Of a stretch of 64,000 bases of DNA, positions 61,002 to 64,000 are shown in pieces (position 1 is the first letter of the stretch; each line of letters opens with the position of its first letter). Source of the stretch: Coleofasciculus sp. B1-GNL1-01 (GTDB lineage Bacteria; Cyanobacteriota; Cyanobacteriia; Cyanobacteriales; Coleofasciculaceae); the NCBI GenBank assembly GCA_040220235.1, contig JAVJTO010000094.1. The stretch is one strand, 5' to 3'. The translations under genes and the position numbers were made by a program. A model generated the notes under the pieces. That model had not been told where the DNA came from. It made no database searches and saw nothing but the letters and a program-made list of their open reading frames with translations.

Positions 61002-61705
61002 CTGTTAAACTCACTGATATCAACTATATTTTGTTGGATATTGAAGGCACAACCTCGGATATTCAATTTGTCCATAAGGTGATGTTTCCTTACTCCAGAG
61101 AACGGTTAGACCAGTTTGTATTAAACCATCAGAATTTAGATGAGGTAGTTGAGGCGATTGAGTTGACCAAGCAAACGGTTAAAGCCGAACAAGGACAAGA
61201 CATTGATTTAGAGGGCGCGATCGCCACTTTACTCCACTGGATTGATAGCGATCGCAAACATCCCGCCCTGAAATCGATTCAAGGACTCATCTGGAAAAAC
61301 GGATTCGAGACAGGGGCATTTGAATCACATCTCTATCCCGATGTCAAGCCTCAGTTAGAAGACTGGGCGCGATCGGGGTTAAAATTAGGCATTTATTCCT
61401 CTGGGTCAATTGCCACTCAAAAAATGTTTTTCAGCCACACCGTAGAGGGAGATCTCACCCCACTCATTGCTAACTATTTCGATTTAACCACGGGGAGTAA
61501 AAAAGAAGCGATGAGTTACGAGAAGATTATCGATAGTTTAGAACTAGCCCCCAATCAAATCGTCTTCTTTTCCGACGTTCCAGCGGAATTAGTTGCAGCG
61601 CGACAAAAAGGGTTGCAAGTGATTCATGTCAAGCGAGAGGGAACCGAATCTTGGTCTGACGTACCCGAAGTAGAATCCTTTCAAGAGGTATCATTTATCT
61701 CCTAA
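60998..61705 (+). CDS. mtnC: Enolase-phosphatase E1 (acireductone synthase)
   Basis: LLDIEGTTS, DRKHPALKSIQG, IYSSGS and FFSD; ATGA overlap with mtnB. Confidence 0.93.
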   Translation: MTVKLTDINYILLDIEGTTSDIQFVHKVMFPYSRERLDQFVLNHQNLDEVVEAIELTKQTVKAEQGQDIDLEGAIATLLHWIDSDRKHPALKSIQGLIWKNGFETGAFESHLYPDVKPQLEDWARSGLKLGIYSSGSIATQKMFFSHTVEGDLTPLIANYFDLTTGSKKEAMSYEKIIDSLELAPNQIVFFSDVPAELVAARQKGLQVIHVKREGTESWSDVPEVESFQEVSFIS

Positions 61706-61709
61706 GTTC

Positions 61710-61764
61710 GTAGTTGCGCTTGTAGTTGCGCTTGTAGTTGCGCTTGTAGTTGCGCTTTAGCGCC
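61710..61764. repeat. 12-bp tandem GTAGTTGCGCTT x4 ending in a REP-like hairpin
   Basis: Directly visible. The last unit completes GCGCTTTAGCGC; a related element lies at about 15266..15290. Confidence 0.85.
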
Positions 61765-61888
61765 ATCAACGTTTGCATCACCCCCTACAATTTATGATAG
61801 ATGCCAGGAAATAAATTTCCGGCTGAAAGCTTACTACATTAAACGCTTTTCACCCTGCCCTCTAGCTGCTGTCTTCTGCTTTCTGCCT

Positions 61889-62494
61889 TTATTCCTGCTG
61901 TATCATCCACACCAAAAAGGCTAAAATTTGCTCAACGGGTGGTAGAGGATAAACGATTAAATCAATCGTGACAGTAGTGGCTTCTAATTTAAGAAATTGC
62001 CATTGGTTACCATTACTAACTGTACCATAGATACATTGAAGCGGTTGTTCCTTAGCGATATTAAATTTCTGGGCAGCCACCATTTCCGCCACACATTGAC
62101 CAATTCCCGATTTAAGATTAGCTTGTTTCGCCTCCACAATCACAACCGCCGGGGCTTCAATGTCTAAAAGTTCGGGGGAACGACTGATCAGGAAGTCACA
62201 ACGTCCATTAAGTCCCAGTGATTCATCGACGTTAAAGTCTTCGCCAGAAAATAAACTAATTTGACGGTTCAAAATGCGCCGTACTTCCACTAAAACTGGG
62301 CTAATAATTAATTCAGATCTGGCTTTCTCACTTCCTGTCGCTACAGCGAGAGGGAGATTTTCGTCCAGAATGGCGGCTAAGGTAGAACTAGGTTGAACTG
62401 GGTCAATTTCCGGCAAAAATCGAATCCCTTCTGCTGTCGTGAGATTGAAGGCTTCTTTGGCTTTAGCAAGCGTGGTGAATTGACTGTATGGCAT
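61889..62494 (-). CDS. PD-(D/E)XK-like hypothetical protein (same family as 55495)
   Basis: SEKARSELIISP, LNGRCDF, IVEAK, GQCVAEMVAAQ and SNGNQWQF. Confidence 0.82.
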   Translation of the reverse strand: MPYSQFTTLAKAKEAFNLTTAEGIRFLPEIDPVQPSSTLAAILDENLPLAVATGSEKARSELIISPVLVEVRRILNRQISLFSGEDFNVDESLGLNGRCDFLISRSPELLDIEAPAVVIVEAKQANLKSGIGQCVAEMVAAQKFNIAKEQPLQCIYGTVSNGNQWQFLKLEATTVTIDLIVYPLPPVEQILAFLVWMIQQE

Positions 62495-63567
62495 GATTAT
62501 CCTATCTAATCAAATCCGTTCATACCTCAGAACGTAGATAAATCCAAAACAAAGCCAGGACAGGGCGACCCGATCGCATTGAATGGAATGGTGTTGTTGA
62601 TTAAACCAAGCGGGTCGCCCCTACAGGAAAATTATCGGGGTTTGGGTTGTGGTATCCGGGATGAATAAAGGGTCTATGGTTGCTTGATCTTATCTATATA
62701 GTAAGACCCGATCGCCCAATCGTATCTATCCCGATCCAAGCAACGCGATCGCACGTTTCCCCCTTATTCCCTCACTTCTTCCCACTCCCAGGAAGACGGG
62801 GAAGCATCACTCCCCAGTCTGCACCTGTTTATTTCCACCACCTGATTGAGATAAGGAAAACTTTTAGGCTTTAGGCTTGCGTTTTAATCATTTAAAGTTC
62901 ATCAAACTTAACAGGGCAGAAAACGTCACGGGTCAATCCTGATTTGATCAGGGTTTGAGGTTGTAGTACAATGTTAACTTAATCCTGTATTGTGTTATTT
63001 TTATGGTAAATTTTTAACTTTAAACGCTTCAAAGCCTTATAAATACGTTAATTTTTCCCGTGTCGCTGCGGCAAAATTGAAACACGACAAGTATCTTACA
63101 TTACCCAATTTTCTCAACTCAGATCGAGGCAAAATTGACAAATAACCATTTTCATGCATCTGAGGCTTAATCAAAAAGGGACAACTGGGGGGAATGGGAA
63201 TGCAACTCGCCAGGAATTAGAGGAAGTGCGATCGCATAAGACACAGATCATCGAATCTCTGCTTGAGTCAACAAATTGAGGAACCAGCGACTGGATGGTA
63301 GGGAAGAAATAGGGTGCGATCGCACAGCGACTCAACCCAAATAATTCTCTTTATACAGTTGCGCGGTCTTCGCTTTAAATTGAGGACAGGGCGACCCGAT
63401 CGCATTGAATAGAGTGGTGTTGTTAATTAAACCAAGCGGGTCGCCCCTACAGGAAGGAATTTGACAAAAGTACATTCAGTTATCCCTGTTTGACTTGTAG
63501 GGAATCACCGATCCTTTTAGGTCGGTGAGAATGTCAACGATATCCTGCATCAGACTTTTTATCTCGA

Positions 63568-64000
63568 TCAACGGTGAACCAACCGTTTTTGAAACACCAA
63601 CCATTTTCCCATGGCATCGGAATTAGAGTTTACCCCTTTGTGCAATAAAATCACCCCATCTTCAAAGCCAATAATGCCATACTCTTGCTTTGCCGTTACC
63701 TGATCAATTAGCGATACCAGCGACTTCAAAAGTCCTCGTTCCTGATCAAACGCCACCTGATATTGCTGCAATCGCCAAAGGTCAGCAATAATATAATCTA
63801 CAGTAATGACCTCTTGCTGATCATTGCGTAAGCTTAAATCCGGTAAGCGGATAATTTCACGGCGACTAGAGAGATGAGGAATAATATAAGTTGTCGCCGA
63901 AACACTGGCATCCGGTGGAATTTGGGAAACTAAAGGACGCATTTGTTGCACATGGTTCCACTGTTGGGGTAATGAGATATGTACCCAGGGGTCAAAGGAA
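63568..64000 (-). CDS. DUF2079-family membrane protein, C-terminal part (runs off the window)
   Basis: Frame is open to the window edge; DPWVH and IPPDASVSATTYIIPHLSSRR motifs. Confidence 0.75.
   Translation of the reverse strand, partial: SFDPWVHISLPQQWNHVQQMRPLVSQIPPDASVSATTYIIPHLSSRREIIRLPDLSLRNDQQEVITVDYIIADLWRLQQYQVAFDQERGLLKSLVSLIDQVTAKQEYGIIGFEDGVILLHKGVNSNSDAMGKWLVFQKRLVHR

Overview
This is a 64-kb chromosomal window from a cyanobacterium. Frequent HIP1 octamers (GCGATCGC), heptamer STRR tracts, the guaB3-Yfr1-trxA block and many GTAG-type REP/REPIN repeats suggest a filamentous, Coleofasciculus/Microcoleus-like strain; that taxon is an inference. The window carries two giant TPS/haemagglutinin-CHAT proteins (one with a 7-bladed FG-GAP insert) and DUF928. 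It also has a sigma-70-like gene with a partner gene, and adjacent genes for a CyaB-type cyclase and a signal peptidase I that both lack catalytic residues. Other contents are tRNA-Cys, YqiJ-flotillin, a divergent XRE-HTH/small-gene module with palindromic operators, bciB, ggt, an amidase and mtnB/mtnC. A Na+-type N-ATPase operon (atpD-C-Q-[antiporter, unlisted microprotein]-R-B-E-F-[lipoprotein]-A) has no atpG in its usual place. An intact tnpB sits inside a wrecked PLD-helicase gene, and a two-STAND-ATPase locus has phased upstream repeats. No CRISPR array or rRNA was found. All calls come from reading motifs by eye; no database searches were run.
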